From a virus, in IMG/VR virus record IMGVR_UViG_3300049827_000271, positions 1 to 64,000 of that record: a DNA stretch of 64,000 bases; one strand, given 5' to 3'. The notes under the pieces are model-generated. The model was not told where the DNA came from and did no database searches. It saw only the letters and a list, made by a program, of their open reading frames with translations. A program made the translations under genes and the position numbers. Shown piece by piece: positions 1-8,461 of the stretch (the stretch's first letter is position 1; each line of letters opens with the position of its first letter).

Positions 1-90
1 GCCGCCGCCTCCGCCGCCTCCGCCTACGCCGACGCGGGAAAGAAAAACTCAGACCGAATCCGCTCGGTCATCCCAAACCCATTCCGATGA
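1..90 (+). CDS. 3' end of an Ala-rich phage protein (partial)
   Basis: Frame 1 reads AAASAASAYADAGKKNSDRIRSVIPNPFR*; the stop overlaps the next ATG (ATGA at 87-90). Confidence 0.7.
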   Translation, partial: AAASAASAYADAGKKNSDRIRSVIPNPFR

Positions 91-635
91 ACGCAAACAT
101 TTATGCCTGCCCCCTGTGCGGCGGCGGACTTCGCATTAAAATGCTGGACAACCTCATCTCCGTGGACTGCCGCCAAGCCTTGGGCTTCGGCTGTTGCACT
201 GCGGTCACGGCGACAGGCAACATGGACGCTCCTGTCCGCAACGTGCTGGAAGACTTCCAGCTTCTCAACGCCCCGCTGCCGCTGCCGGCGGCGAAGATCG
301 TTCCGCCCACCGCCTTCGAGCGATGGCTGGAAACCCCGCCCGCCATCAGCCTGATGTCCGGCGCGCTCATCCGCTTCAATGGGGATGAGGACATGATGGA
401 ATCCGTGTTGAAGACCGCCTTTGATGCAGGACAAGCAGCATCCCGTCCGCCAACACCAGAACCAAGAACAGGGCCGGAGCCGCGCATCTCCCCGCCCAAG
501 TTCAGGACGGGCGAATATGTGAGACTCAATCCGTGCGTGTCCATGAAGATCACGGAGGTATTGCCGGACACCAACGGCTCCCACATGTATCGGCTCGACA
601 ACGGCTCCCTCTGGAGCGAGCGGCTGCTCAGTTAG
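87..635 (+). CDS. Hypothetical early protein (N-terminal CxxC, C-terminal SH3/YorP-like segment)
   Basis: ATGA coupling; CPLC; C-terminal PKFRTGEYV...MKITEV pattern. Confidence 0.7.
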   Translation: MNANIYACPLCGGGLRIKMLDNLISVDCRQALGFGCCTAVTATGNMDAPVRNVLEDFQLLNAPLPLPAAKIVPPTAFERWLETPPAISLMSGALIRFNGDEDMMESVLKTAFDAGQAASRPPTPEPRTGPEPRISPPKFRTGEYVRLNPCVSMKITEVLPDTNGSHMYRLDNGSLWSERLLS

Positions 636-667
636 ATTCTAACCGGCCAGACCACCTGCTCCCCTGG

Positions 668-686
668 AAATCTCACGGTGAGATTT
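668..686. promoter_or_regulatory. 19-bp palindrome copy 1 (AAATCTCAC-G-GTGAGATTT), tip of a 21-bp hairpin at 656-698
   Basis: Perfect 9-1-9 inverted repeat read directly; intergenic, upstream of the ATG at 754. Confidence 0.8.
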
Positions 687-753
687 TCGGGGGAGCAGCC
701 GTCTGTCCAGAAGACAGACCCCGGCGCAAGCGGGGTAAACACAAAAGCACAAA

Positions 754-1327
754 ATGAAAGTCAAATTCAAATTCCTCACCGGCGATCTCAACTGGCTCCA
801 ATACGGGGCCAAGTGGGTGTCACAAAAACTCAACAACGGGGACTTCGATTACTTCTTGGTGATCGACTTCCGAAACATGGACGAAGACATGGGGCGGCAC
901 AACAGGGGCCATCCCAAGTATTGGGCCGGACTCTCCGCCGTCTCCCCGCAACAGGCTGGGGAGAAAAATATCCAAGCGGCCTTTGATTGCCGCGGGATTA
1001 CAAAAGTGAAAATGTTTGATGTCTCTGAACTCAATCAGGTGGATTGCCTGCACGATTACAGCGGGTTCGTCGGTCTGTGGAACGGCAAATGCAACAACGC
1101 CCGCGCCCTGCTCCGGCAGGCCCGGCGCGAGGCGCAAGTCTGCGAGGGGCTGTTCGGATTCTACATGGACCGTCCGGTCAACCAGATCGGAACCACAGGA
1201 TGGGAAGCCATCAAAGGCGACTTGAATTCGGCCACGGCCCCGCACCATCGCCAGCGGGAGCGTCACGGGAAACATTATGGCCAAAATGCACGGGATCAAA
1301 CCCGTCACCGCGGAGGCAGCCAAGTGA
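754..1327 (+). CDS. Hypothetical early protein, probably frameshifted at CCCC 1238-1241
   Basis: A/C-rich leader before ATG 754. Removing one C gives the C-terminus ARTIASGSVTGNIMAKMHGIKPVTAEAAK* ending at a GTGA overlap (1324-1327). As sequenced it is fused to the next gene (ORF 754..1719). Confidence 0.65.
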
Positions 1328-1719
1328 AGAAGCCCGCATTGCAATCACTAGATTCGTTCACTCGCGCCTACATTACGGCGATGGCCTGGACGGAACAGCC
1401 GGAAGCCAAGGCGCGGCCCGGCGAGTTCTCGCTGGACGACCACTACTACAGCCGCATGGACGGGCTGTTAATCGCCCGGTGCGTCCAGGATTGCGCCGAA
1501 TTCATGGCGGAACACGGCGCGCTCGTAGAAGAAGGCGGCACCAAAATTGACCACCCCTACGAGCGGGCGGGCCATGATTTCTGGCTCACCCGCAACCGCC
1601 ACGGCTCTGGATTCTGGGATGGCGACTGGCCGGAACCGTGGGCCGCCCAATTAACCAAGGCCGCCCACGCCTTTGGGCAGGCGGAACCGTGCTGGTACAA
1701 GGGAAGACTGTATCTGTAA
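1324..1719 (+). CDS. Conserved phage hypothetical protein (GHDFWLTRNxHGxGFWD type)
   Basis: GTG start with GGAGG at 1312-1316; motif AGHDFWLTRNRHGSGFWDGDW. Confidence 0.75.
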   Translation: MKKPALQSLDSFTRAYITAMAWTEQPEAKARPGEFSLDDHYYSRMDGLLIARCVQDCAEFMAEHGALVEEGGTKIDHPYERAGHDFWLTRNRHGSGFWDGDWPEPWAAQLTKAAHAFGQAEPCWYKGRLYL

Positions 1720-1720
1720 C

Positions 1721-1739
1721 AAATCTCACCGTGAGATTT
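1721..1739. promoter_or_regulatory. 19-bp palindrome copy 2 (AAATCTCAC-C-GTGAGATTT, opposite orientation)
   Basis: Begins 1 nt after the stop at 1719; an extra half-site CTCACGG follows at 1741-1747. Confidence 0.8.
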
Positions 1740-1769
1740 CCTCACGGCACAACACGAAAGGAAACACAA

Positions 1770-2063
1770 ATGAAAGTAAGCATGATCGGCAACAGCGTTA
1801 TCATCTCCCGCTCCCGCGCGGGCGAGCGGTACGCCAACGAGTCGGCCTTATTCTACGCGCTCAAACTGGCGCTCCAAAAGAAGGGCAAGGACTGCATCAA
1901 AAAACGCCCGGACAAAGACGGGCACCTGACATCCGCCCCCTACTACATTCGGGCGCGCGACCGCTCGTGGTGCATCCACGACCCCGGCTATCAAATCCGG
2001 GACGCCGCCCAGCGGTTCAACCGGGACGGAGAACTGTATTTACGCCGGGAGGGAACAGCATGA
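1770..2063 (+). CDS. Hypothetical early protein
   Basis: ATG after A/C-rich leader GAAACACAA; stop coupled to the next gene. Confidence 0.75.
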   Translation: MKVSMIGNSVIISRSRAGERYANESALFYALKLALQKKGKDCIKKRPDKDGHLTSAPYYIRARDRSWCIHDPGYQIRDAAQRFNRDGELYLRREGTA

Positions 2064-2581
2064 GCGCGCCTTCCAAGTGCGGATACACCGCCGGCCAGCA
2101 TGTAGTCCTGAAAGTGGACGTGCTGGACGAGCGGGGGGAAGTGGTGAAAGCCGGCACGCTCTTGCGCTTGGCGGCCTTTGCGCCAAAAGTGCGCAAGACA
2201 CCGCCATGCAGTATCGGCGCCCCGCACTATCTCTACACCGACGGGCGCGACTACTTCTACAACGCCGTACGCGCCGACCAACTGGGCGACACGGGACGGC
2301 GGATCAGGGAGAACTTCTGCACGATCAAGAAATCTCACGGTGAGATTTTTCAGCACCGATACATCATTTCCGAATACCGGAAAGGCCGGAAGGAAACATG
2401 GTACGTATGCGCCCGGTCCGGCTACATGCGGCGCTCCGATGGGACAATGGCGCGTGACGGAGAGTTCCCTGGCGGCCCAGAGTGGACAACGCGGCGCGAG
2501 CACGCGCTGGAATTTGACAGCCACCGGGCCGCCGCTCGCGTGCGCTCCCGGTGCCCAAGCGCAACCGTCACACCAATCTAA
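2060..2581 (+). CDS. Hypothetical early protein (contains palindrome copy 3; possibly two fused units)
   Basis: ATGA coupling at 2060; open to TAA 2581. Confidence 0.65.
   Translation: MSAPSKCGYTAGQHVVLKVDVLDERGEVVKAGTLLRLAAFAPKVRKTPPCSIGAPHYLYTDGRDYFYNAVRADQLGDTGRRIRENFCTIKKSHGEIFQHRYIISEYRKGRKETWYVCARSGYMRRSDGTMARDGEFPGGPEWTTRREHALEFDSHRAAARVRSRCPSATVTPI
2330..2348. promoter_or_regulatory. 19-bp palindrome copy 3 (intragenic)
   Basis: Exact AAATCTCACGGTGAGATTT. Confidence 0.75.
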
Positions 2582-2606
2582 CCACCAACAAAAACACAAA
2601 ACGAAA

Positions 2607-3395
2607 ATGAAAAAGACAACCTACGCCGGCCTCGACTACAGCGGCCCCGGCGCTACATGCAACCGCGATTCCAAAACGGGAATCCGCTACGGGGTCATCC
2701 CGTCTCGCGCTGTCGGCCAGTCATGGTATGACAGCAGCGAGCCGGACTACGGCGAGCCGCACTGCCCGCAGTGCGGCAACAAGGTGGAGTCCAACAACTA
2801 CGCCGATGCGGAGAAGCGTGAAGACTACACCACACTTCACCACGGAGAGAAGTATGCGTGCGATGAGTGCAAATTGCTCTTCGACGGGCAGAACGCCTTC
2901 CCGGAAGAGCCGTGCGGGCATGTCTTGGACGACGGGGAATACAAATGCAACGAAGACAGCAGCGGGGACATCTGGGTCTTTAAGTCCACGTATTTCACCT
3001 ACGCCCAGTTCTGCTCCCCGTGCGCTCCTGGCGCGTGTTACCTAAGCAATCCACTGGAGGACAGGTTAGAATCTAACCGGGCCTACTGTCTGGGGCATGA
3101 TTTTTTTGAATCGCATCGCGCTCCCTACCCGGTGTTCAGCGTGAAGACCGCGCGCGAGATCATCGCTGTGGAAAAGAAAGTCCCGTGTCCAAGCTGTCAA
3201 GGCACGGGGCGCGACCGGATTGTGCGCATTGCCCGAGCGCGTGGATGTACGGAAGACTCGCTCTACCAGTCCATTCAGGACGGCCATGAACCTAGCATTG
3301 TGGATTGCCGGCCCGCCGAGGTGGACTGCGCGTGCTTCTACTGCGATGGCATCGGGCATGTTGTGGAATGGGCAGAAGAGGAGGTGCCAGCGTGA
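2607..3395 (+). CDS. Cys-rich, multi-CxxC (Zn-binding) phage protein
   Basis: CPQC, CDEC, CSPCAPGAC, CPSCQGTG, CFYCDGIG; A-rich leader. Confidence 0.8.
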   Translation: MKKTTYAGLDYSGPGATCNRDSKTGIRYGVIPSRAVGQSWYDSSEPDYGEPHCPQCGNKVESNNYADAEKREDYTTLHHGEKYACDECKLLFDGQNAFPEEPCGHVLDDGEYKCNEDSSGDIWVFKSTYFTYAQFCSPCAPGACYLSNPLEDRLESNRAYCLGHDFFESHRAPYPVFSVKTAREIIAVEKKVPCPSCQGTGRDRIVRIARARGCTEDSLYQSIQDGHEPSIVDCRPAEVDCACFYCDGIGHVVEWAEEEVPA

Positions 3396-3577
3396 AAACC
3401 TACAACGTCACCATCCGGGCCATTGTCACCAAGACGGAGACAGTGCGCGCCCGCAACGAACAGGAGGCCGTGGAAAAAGCGCACGCCCAATTCAGCGTGC
3501 TCTGTACCGGGGACGAAGACTACCAAGAAGAGGTTAAAGATGTGGAGCAACTCAAAGAGAAAGGAAAAACGAAATGA
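3392..3577 (+). CDS. Small hypothetical protein
   Basis: GTGA coupling with GGAGG upstream; KTYNVTIRA...VRARNEQEAVEKA pattern. Confidence 0.7.
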   Translation: MKTYNVTIRAIVTKTETVRARNEQEAVEKAHAQFSVLCTGDEDYQEEVKDVEQLKEKGKTK

Positions 3578-3822
3578 AAACACAGACATTCACCAGACAA
3601 CTTAAAACCCTGCGTGTCTCAGGCCGCACATGGAACGGCCAGAAGACCAAGCACAACTACAACCTGCATGTCATCGGTCGCCCCGACCTGGAGGGCGTGG
3701 AGCCAAAGAACATGGCGCACGCCAAACTTATTGCCGGTGACTTTGCCGAACTTGACCGGGCCACGCTCATCATCACGGACATCACGGAAAACCGCACGGT
3801 CACGCGAAGGAGGATTCAATGA
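3574..3822 (+). CDS. Hypothetical protein
   Basis: ATGA-coupled at both ends. Confidence 0.7.
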   Translation: MKTQTFTRQLKTLRVSGRTWNGQKTKHNYNLHVIGRPDLEGVEPKNMAHAKLIAGDFAELDRATLIITDITENRTVTRRRIQ

Positions 3823-4169
3823 GCGACCCCTTCCTGAAAACCGCAGTCGGAGACTTGCTTCGAGCCATTCAAGCCCAAGCCCAGACAGGCAGCGAGGTCA
3901 TCCACCCGGAAGAAGCGGAGTTCCGATGGGCCATGCGCCGGGTCAATCACGCGCTCCAGCAGCGGGCGACCAAGCCGAAGAAGGCACGCCAAGGAAAGCG
4001 TATCTATTACGTGGACATCCCCCGCCCTCACTCGACTGGAGAGGATGATGCGTGGACGAACGTGGCCACCACAGGCTCCAAGGCTAAGGCGCAGGAGTAT
4101 CTGCTAAAACGCTGGGGCATCAAGGCCAGAGACTCCGCCCTCTTCATCACGGAGGGGGACGTGATATGA
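3819..4169 (+). CDS. Hypothetical protein
   Basis: ATGA-coupled; AGGAGG upstream. Confidence 0.7.
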   Translation: MSDPFLKTAVGDLLRAIQAQAQTGSEVIHPEEAEFRWAMRRVNHALQQRATKPKKARQGKRIYYVDIPRPHSTGEDDAWTNVATTGSKAKAQEYLLKRWGIKARDSALFITEGDVI

Positions 4170-4474
4170 AACGCAAAACACAGTTCACCGACGCAGAGCG
4201 TGAGGAGGCGTATCAGTCCATGAAGTCCGATTTGGAATCGGGCGATTGCGTGTTCCTGCAAAGCGACGGGTTCCGTGAGACAATCCGTTTCTGCGGGAAG
4301 CTACTTGGCAGCGTTGGAGATGGCCAGGACTTCCCGGACGAGCGGGCCGCGCTCAAGGCGGCATGTCAGCAGATGGAGCGGCAGGGATACTGGCCTAACA
4401 TCTACTCCGTCAACGACCACGGCAACGTCTCCCTCCTGGACCGAAAGGGTCGGGAGATCATGTCATGGGTATGA
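4166..4474 (+). CDS. Hypothetical protein (NDHGNV motif)
   Basis: ATGA-coupled; YWPNIYSVNDHGNVSL. Confidence 0.75.
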   Translation: MKRKTQFTDAEREEAYQSMKSDLESGDCVFLQSDGFRETIRFCGKLLGSVGDGQDFPDERAALKAACQQMERQGYWPNIYSVNDHGNVSLLDRKGREIMSWV

Positions 4475-4475
4475 A

Positions 4476-4494
4476 AAATCTCACGGTGAGATTT
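4476..4494. promoter_or_regulatory. 19-bp palindrome copy 4
   Basis: Exact AAATCTCACGGTGAGATTT, 1 nt after the stop at 4474 and 14 nt before ATG 4509. Confidence 0.8.
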
Positions 4495-4508
4495 CTGAAA
4501 GGAAGACT

Positions 4509-4961
4509 ATGAGTTGGTCCTGGTCACATACGGGCGAGGCGTGTGACAACGCTCGCCGGAATCTAGGGAACATGCGGGCGCTGGTGCTCGCAGAAATACT
4601 AGCCGAGTGGCACGCCTACGATGGAAATCCATACACAGGTTCAAGCTCGTCCTCCAATCTGGACACGGAGAAATACGAGCATGAACTGGCTCGGCTGCAC
4701 GCGGAGATCAAAGCAGGCCGGCTTCCCAAAGACGCGATGGCCGACGCCATCTGGGAAAAGGCGGTGGAGTTGGCCACCTGCACCAACGGCGGATGGAAAG
4801 CGTGGTGCTGCCCGTTCGGCTGCGCGCCGCACATGGCCAGCTTCTCCACATGGAAGGAGCAGATGGATCAGGCGAAGAAGCGCAAGGCGGAGCAGCGACG
4901 GTTGAACTTCTCGCAACGAAGACTCAACCGGGATACAGACTATTACGTACTTCCGCTATGA
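4509..4961 (+). CDS. Hypothetical protein (TCTNGGxxAWCCPFGC motif)
   Basis: ATG after AAAGGAAG; Cys/His motif. Confidence 0.75.
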   Translation: MSWSWSHTGEACDNARRNLGNMRALVLAEILAEWHAYDGNPYTGSSSSSNLDTEKYEHELARLHAEIKAGRLPKDAMADAIWEKAVELATCTNGGWKAWCCPFGCAPHMASFSTWKEQMDQAKKRKAEQRRLNFSQRRLNRDTDYYVLPL

Positions 4962-5149
4962 CATACTACATCGCAAGATACGATACTCCATACGGGCCGG
5001 GGCTGCACAGCACCAGCAACACGCTGAAGCGCGCCTGTAAAATTGCCCGCGCGTGGATGCGGAAACCCGGACACCGCCGAGTGTTTGTCTCCGACAAGAA
5101 CCGCGTAGCCAAGTTGGTCTTGGGCTACACCGTTATCCAATGCGTCTGA
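4958..5149 (+). CDS. Small hypothetical protein
   Basis: ATGA-coupled start. Confidence 0.6.
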   Translation: MTYYIARYDTPYGPGLHSTSNTLKRACKIARAWMRKPGHRRVFVSDKNRVAKLVLGYTVIQCV

Positions 5150-5328
5150 AACAACTCACCGTCCTCGACTTGGGAGCCGAGACGTTTAACCCAACCATCA
5201 CCCAGCCGGAACCGATCAGACCCGGCGTGGACGACAGCATGATCGCCGAAGAGACTCCGGCGTTCGAGAGTCTCACCATTCCCGCCTGCCGGCAGGCGGA
5301 GATGGAGTTTAACCCAGCCGGAAAGTAG
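5140..5328 (+). CDS. Small hypothetical protein
   Basis: Fills the gap between neighbours; MRLKQLTVLDLG... Confidence 0.5.
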   Translation: MRLKQLTVLDLGAETFNPTITQPEPIRPGVDDSMIAEETPAFESLTIPACRQAEMEFNPAGK

Positions 5329-5344
5329 AAGCACAAAGAAAACT

Positions 5345-6118
5345 ATGACAATCAGCAAAACGGTTCGTATCGGCAGCATGAAAGACACGGGCAACATCTT
5401 CTGCAAAATCCAATTCGACGACGGGAAGCTCTCCATAACTGGAGTGGAGGGGCCTCGGTCTGATGGAAGCTGCCGCGGTAGTTGCGGGCAGATTGACCAA
5501 GGCTACAAGCATCGGTTCTCCGAGCAGGACGATGACCGCTACTCCACACTCAAGCAGCCCAAGGACATTTCCTTCGCGCCCGGATGGGATGCAGAAAAGT
5601 GGCTGGACTTCTTGGACATCTGGCATCACTGGCACCTGAACGACCTGCGCCCAAACTGCAAGCATCAGGTCGGGGACGAGTGGAATAACAAGCGCAAGTT
5701 GACCCTCTACTATTTCCGTCTCAGCCCGTCCACGGAAGAAATAATAGAGTCCGCCGCGGCTGGAGCGATGGCCGCCATTAAATCGGGACAGACCTACACG
5801 CCTACGCCCGACCAAGTGCAGGCACTGAACTTGGAAGACCGTGTGACATGGCATGAGCCGACGCTGCCCGACAGATTGGCGAAGTTCTACATCCCGAACG
5901 GCCCCATCTACGACAAGGACACGCACAACAAGGCCAGCGAAGTGAAGACTGCTGGCTGGGTGTATCCGAAGGAGCACCCGCAAGGAATCCTGACCAAGCC
6001 ATGCCCGGTGTGCGGATTCAAGTATGGCAATGCGTGGCTCTTTGAGCCAGTGCATGACCATGTGACCGCGTTTCTGAACAGCCTGCCGGATACGGACGTT
6101 CAGCCAGCTTGGGTGTAA
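5345..6118 (+). CDS. Conserved phage protein with WHLND..CxH and CPxCGxKYG motifs
   Basis: Motifs in translation; A-rich leader. Confidence 0.8.
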   Translation: MTISKTVRIGSMKDTGNIFCKIQFDDGKLSITGVEGPRSDGSCRGSCGQIDQGYKHRFSEQDDDRYSTLKQPKDISFAPGWDAEKWLDFLDIWHHWHLNDLRPNCKHQVGDEWNNKRKLTLYYFRLSPSTEEIIESAAAGAMAAIKSGQTYTPTPDQVQALNLEDRVTWHEPTLPDRLAKFYIPNGPIYDKDTHNKASEVKTAGWVYPKEHPQGILTKPCPVCGFKYGNAWLFEPVHDHVTAFLNSLPDTDVQPAWV

Positions 6119-6122
6119 GCGT

Positions 6123-6338
6123 ATGAAACTACAAGGCAACCGGGTCATCTGGACAACGCAACCCGAAGTGCGCGCGGACTTCTGGGAGAACCATCCGCAA
6201 TTCGCCAGCGAGTTTCGGAAGAGCAAGCGGCAGGATCAGTATCGAACTGACATTCGTGTCGCGTTCGTTGAGCACGTCGAACATCTGCACCGAGAGGGAG
6301 CGATTGGTGACAAGCTGGCATTCAAGGTAACACTGTGA
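6123..6338 (+). CDS. Hypothetical protein
   Basis: Co-oriented and tightly packed. Confidence 0.7.
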   Translation: MKLQGNRVIWTTQPEVRADFWENHPQFASEFRKSKRQDQYRTDIRVAFVEHVEHLHREGAIGDKLAFKVTL

Positions 6339-6362
6339 ACAACAACGAAAGGACAAGACGAA

Positions 6363-7511
6363 ATGAAAAAATATCTGACCGACAAAGAAATCGCCCACGT
6401 CTGGGCGAGCGGTTCGCAAACGGAAGGCCGGACCAAGCCTTCGGGCGGGAGCAGTTATGGGTCATGGAATAGCACCACGTACGGCGGAAGTCGGCAGTCC
6501 TTCATGGGAAGCAGCTTCTACAGCTACTCCACGGCCATTGGCTATAGGTTCAAGACCAAGGCTGGAAAGCCCGTCTTCCTCTTGGATAGCGCCGACTACA
6601 GCCGCGCCACCCGCACACACCAGCTTAGCCTATGGACGGCCATGCGACACTGGGACCGGCGCAAGAAAGAGTGGGTTCCGGACCATATCAACTTCACTGT
6701 GGACACAGGCGGGCGCGGGCTGGGCATGTTCTGCGACGCGCCGCGAGAGGTGATTGACTGGTATGTAAACCAAGCGCATGACCGAATTGCAATGGCCGGG
6801 AAACAACATATCCGGTTCCGGGATGACCTGTACGTAAAGGCTGATCATTTGATTAGCGAGGCCCGCCGGTTCGCCCGACTAATGGGTTTGAAATCCGGAA
6901 AGATGCCACACGTCTCCCGCGCTGAACGCAGGGCCGCCAAGCTGGCGGGTGACAAGTGGAAGGCCGGAGTGGAGGAGCGCCGGGACAGGGCGCGAGAGGC
7001 AAAACGCAAGCAGCGGGATGAGCGCATTCAGTTTGAGAAAGAGGAGTCGGTGAGGCGGGCCAACGATCTGTTGGCCGGGGTGAGGCATACGGATTACGGA
7101 CGGAACGAAGACTACTTCGGATACCAAGACTGCGACCTGGATCACGTCCCGGAACTCAAGGACAAGATTCAGGAATGGCGCATGGAGCGGGACAGTCAGA
7201 ACATCCAAGCATGGATGTCTGGCGTCGATGTCTCTCCCAAAGAAACATGGCCGGTCATGCTGCGTCGGGACGGTGATGAGATTGAAACCAGTCGGGGCGC
7301 GCGGTTTTCCGTGGTAGATGGCGAACGGGCGTTCCGATTCGTCCAGCTTGTGGTCAAGCGTGGAAAGGATTGGCGCAGCAATGGGGAGAAGTTCAGTGTG
7401 GGATGTTACACGTTGGACAGTGTGACCGCGGCAGGCGACTCGGTGGCAGGATGCCACCGAATTCGCTACCAAGAAATCTGCCGGTTCGCACAGCAGATGG
7501 GATGGATGTAA
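6363..7511 (+). CDS. Conserved phage early protein (HVWA...YSYST...ETSRGA...AGCH)
   Basis: 382-aa ORF with leader and central coiled coil. Confidence 0.8.
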   Translation: MKKYLTDKEIAHVWASGSQTEGRTKPSGGSSYGSWNSTTYGGSRQSFMGSSFYSYSTAIGYRFKTKAGKPVFLLDSADYSRATRTHQLSLWTAMRHWDRRKKEWVPDHINFTVDTGGRGLGMFCDAPREVIDWYVNQAHDRIAMAGKQHIRFRDDLYVKADHLISEARRFARLMGLKSGKMPHVSRAERRAAKLAGDKWKAGVEERRDRAREAKRKQRDERIQFEKEESVRRANDLLAGVRHTDYGRNEDYFGYQDCDLDHVPELKDKIQEWRMERDSQNIQAWMSGVDVSPKETWPVMLRRDGDEIETSRGARFSVVDGERAFRFVQLVVKRGKDWRSNGEKFSVGCYTLDSVTAAGDSVAGCHRIRYQEICRFAQQMGWM

Positions 7512-7526
7512 CACTGGAATCAATAT

Positions 7527-8456
7527 ATGAAAGAAAAAATAGTAACTACACAACTTGAACTTGAATACGCTTGCATAGGGGGATTCGTCGCCGTAGTCAA
7601 GGTCGGATCATTCACGGCTTACGGCTCCTCGCAAGTCAGGGCTTACGGCTCCTCGCAAGTCACGGCTTGCGGCTCCTCGCAAGTCACGGCTTACGACTCC
7701 TCGCAAGTCACGGCTTGCGACTCCTCGCAAGTCAGGGCTTGCGACTCCTCGCAAGTCATGGCTTACAACTCCTCGCAAGTCACGGCTTGCAACTCCTCGC
7801 AAGTCAGGGCTTACGGCTCCTCGCAAGTCAGGGCTTACGGCTCCTCGCAAGTCACGGCTTGCGACTCCTCGCAAGTCAGGGCTTACAACTCCTCGCAAGT
7901 CAGGGCTTACAACTCCTCGCAAGTCAGGGCTTACGGCTCCTCGCAAGTCACGGCTTGCGGCTCCTCGCAAGTCAGGGCTTACGACTCCTCGCAAGTCAGG
8001 GCTTCAAAGTGGGTGGCCGTCTCGAAACACGGAAACTCCTGCAAGGTTGTCGGGGGCCATGTCATCAAGATCATCAATCCGGTAACGCTTGCGCAGTGGA
8101 TCGCGTTCCACGGGGTTAAGGTAAAGAACGGGGTCGCCATCGTGTTCAAAGGAGTGTCCTCTGAGTTCAAATCGAACTTCAACCAACTCGATTACACGCC
8201 GGGCACAACTCCAAAGGCTCCAGACTGGGACAATGGAAAGGCTGAATGCGGTGGGGGGTTGCACTTCAGCCCTTACCCTATCGCCACGCTCAAGACTAAT
8301 TTTAATGCCAAGAAATTCGTGGCCTGTCCAGTGCGAGTAAAAGATATGCGCCGGCCAAAAGCAGACGACGAATACCCGGAAAAGATTAAGGCGTCTGGTT
8401 GCTGCGCCCCTGTGTGGGAGTGCGACATCAATGGTAATCCTATCAAAAAATCCTGA
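7527..8456 (+). CDS. Octapeptide-repeat (beta-solenoid-like) protein with C-terminal CGGGLHF domain
   Basis: 16 x A(Y/C)(G/D/N)SSQV(R/T/M), then VFKGV...ECGGGLHFSP...KIKA. Confidence 0.85.
   Translation: MKEKIVTTQLELEYACIGGFVAVVKVGSFTAYGSSQVRAYGSSQVTACGSSQVTAYDSSQVTACDSSQVRACDSSQVMAYNSSQVTACNSSQVRAYGSSQVRAYGSSQVTACDSSQVRAYNSSQVRAYNSSQVRAYGSSQVTACGSSQVRAYDSSQVRASKWVAVSKHGNSCKVVGGHVIKIINPVTLAQWIAFHGVKVKNGVAIVFKGVSSEFKSNFNQLDYTPGTTPKAPDWDNGKAECGGGLHFSPYPIATLKTNFNAKKFVACPVRVKDMRRPKADDEYPEKIKASGCCAPVWECDINGNPIKKS
7617..8000 (+). repeat. 16 tandem copies of a 24-bp unit GCTTRCRRCTCCTCGCAAGTCABG
   Basis: Read directly. Confidence 0.95.
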
Positions 8457-8461
8457 ACTAT

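Noticed and set aside
7617-8000. CRISPR array or DGR variable region
   Set aside because: Units are contiguous with no spacers and are in-frame coding. No cas or reverse transcriptase gene is present, and several adenines are invariant.
7571-8119. Alternative-frame and antisense ORFs over the 24-bp repeat
   Set aside because: They stay open only because the repeat unit lacks stops in those frames.
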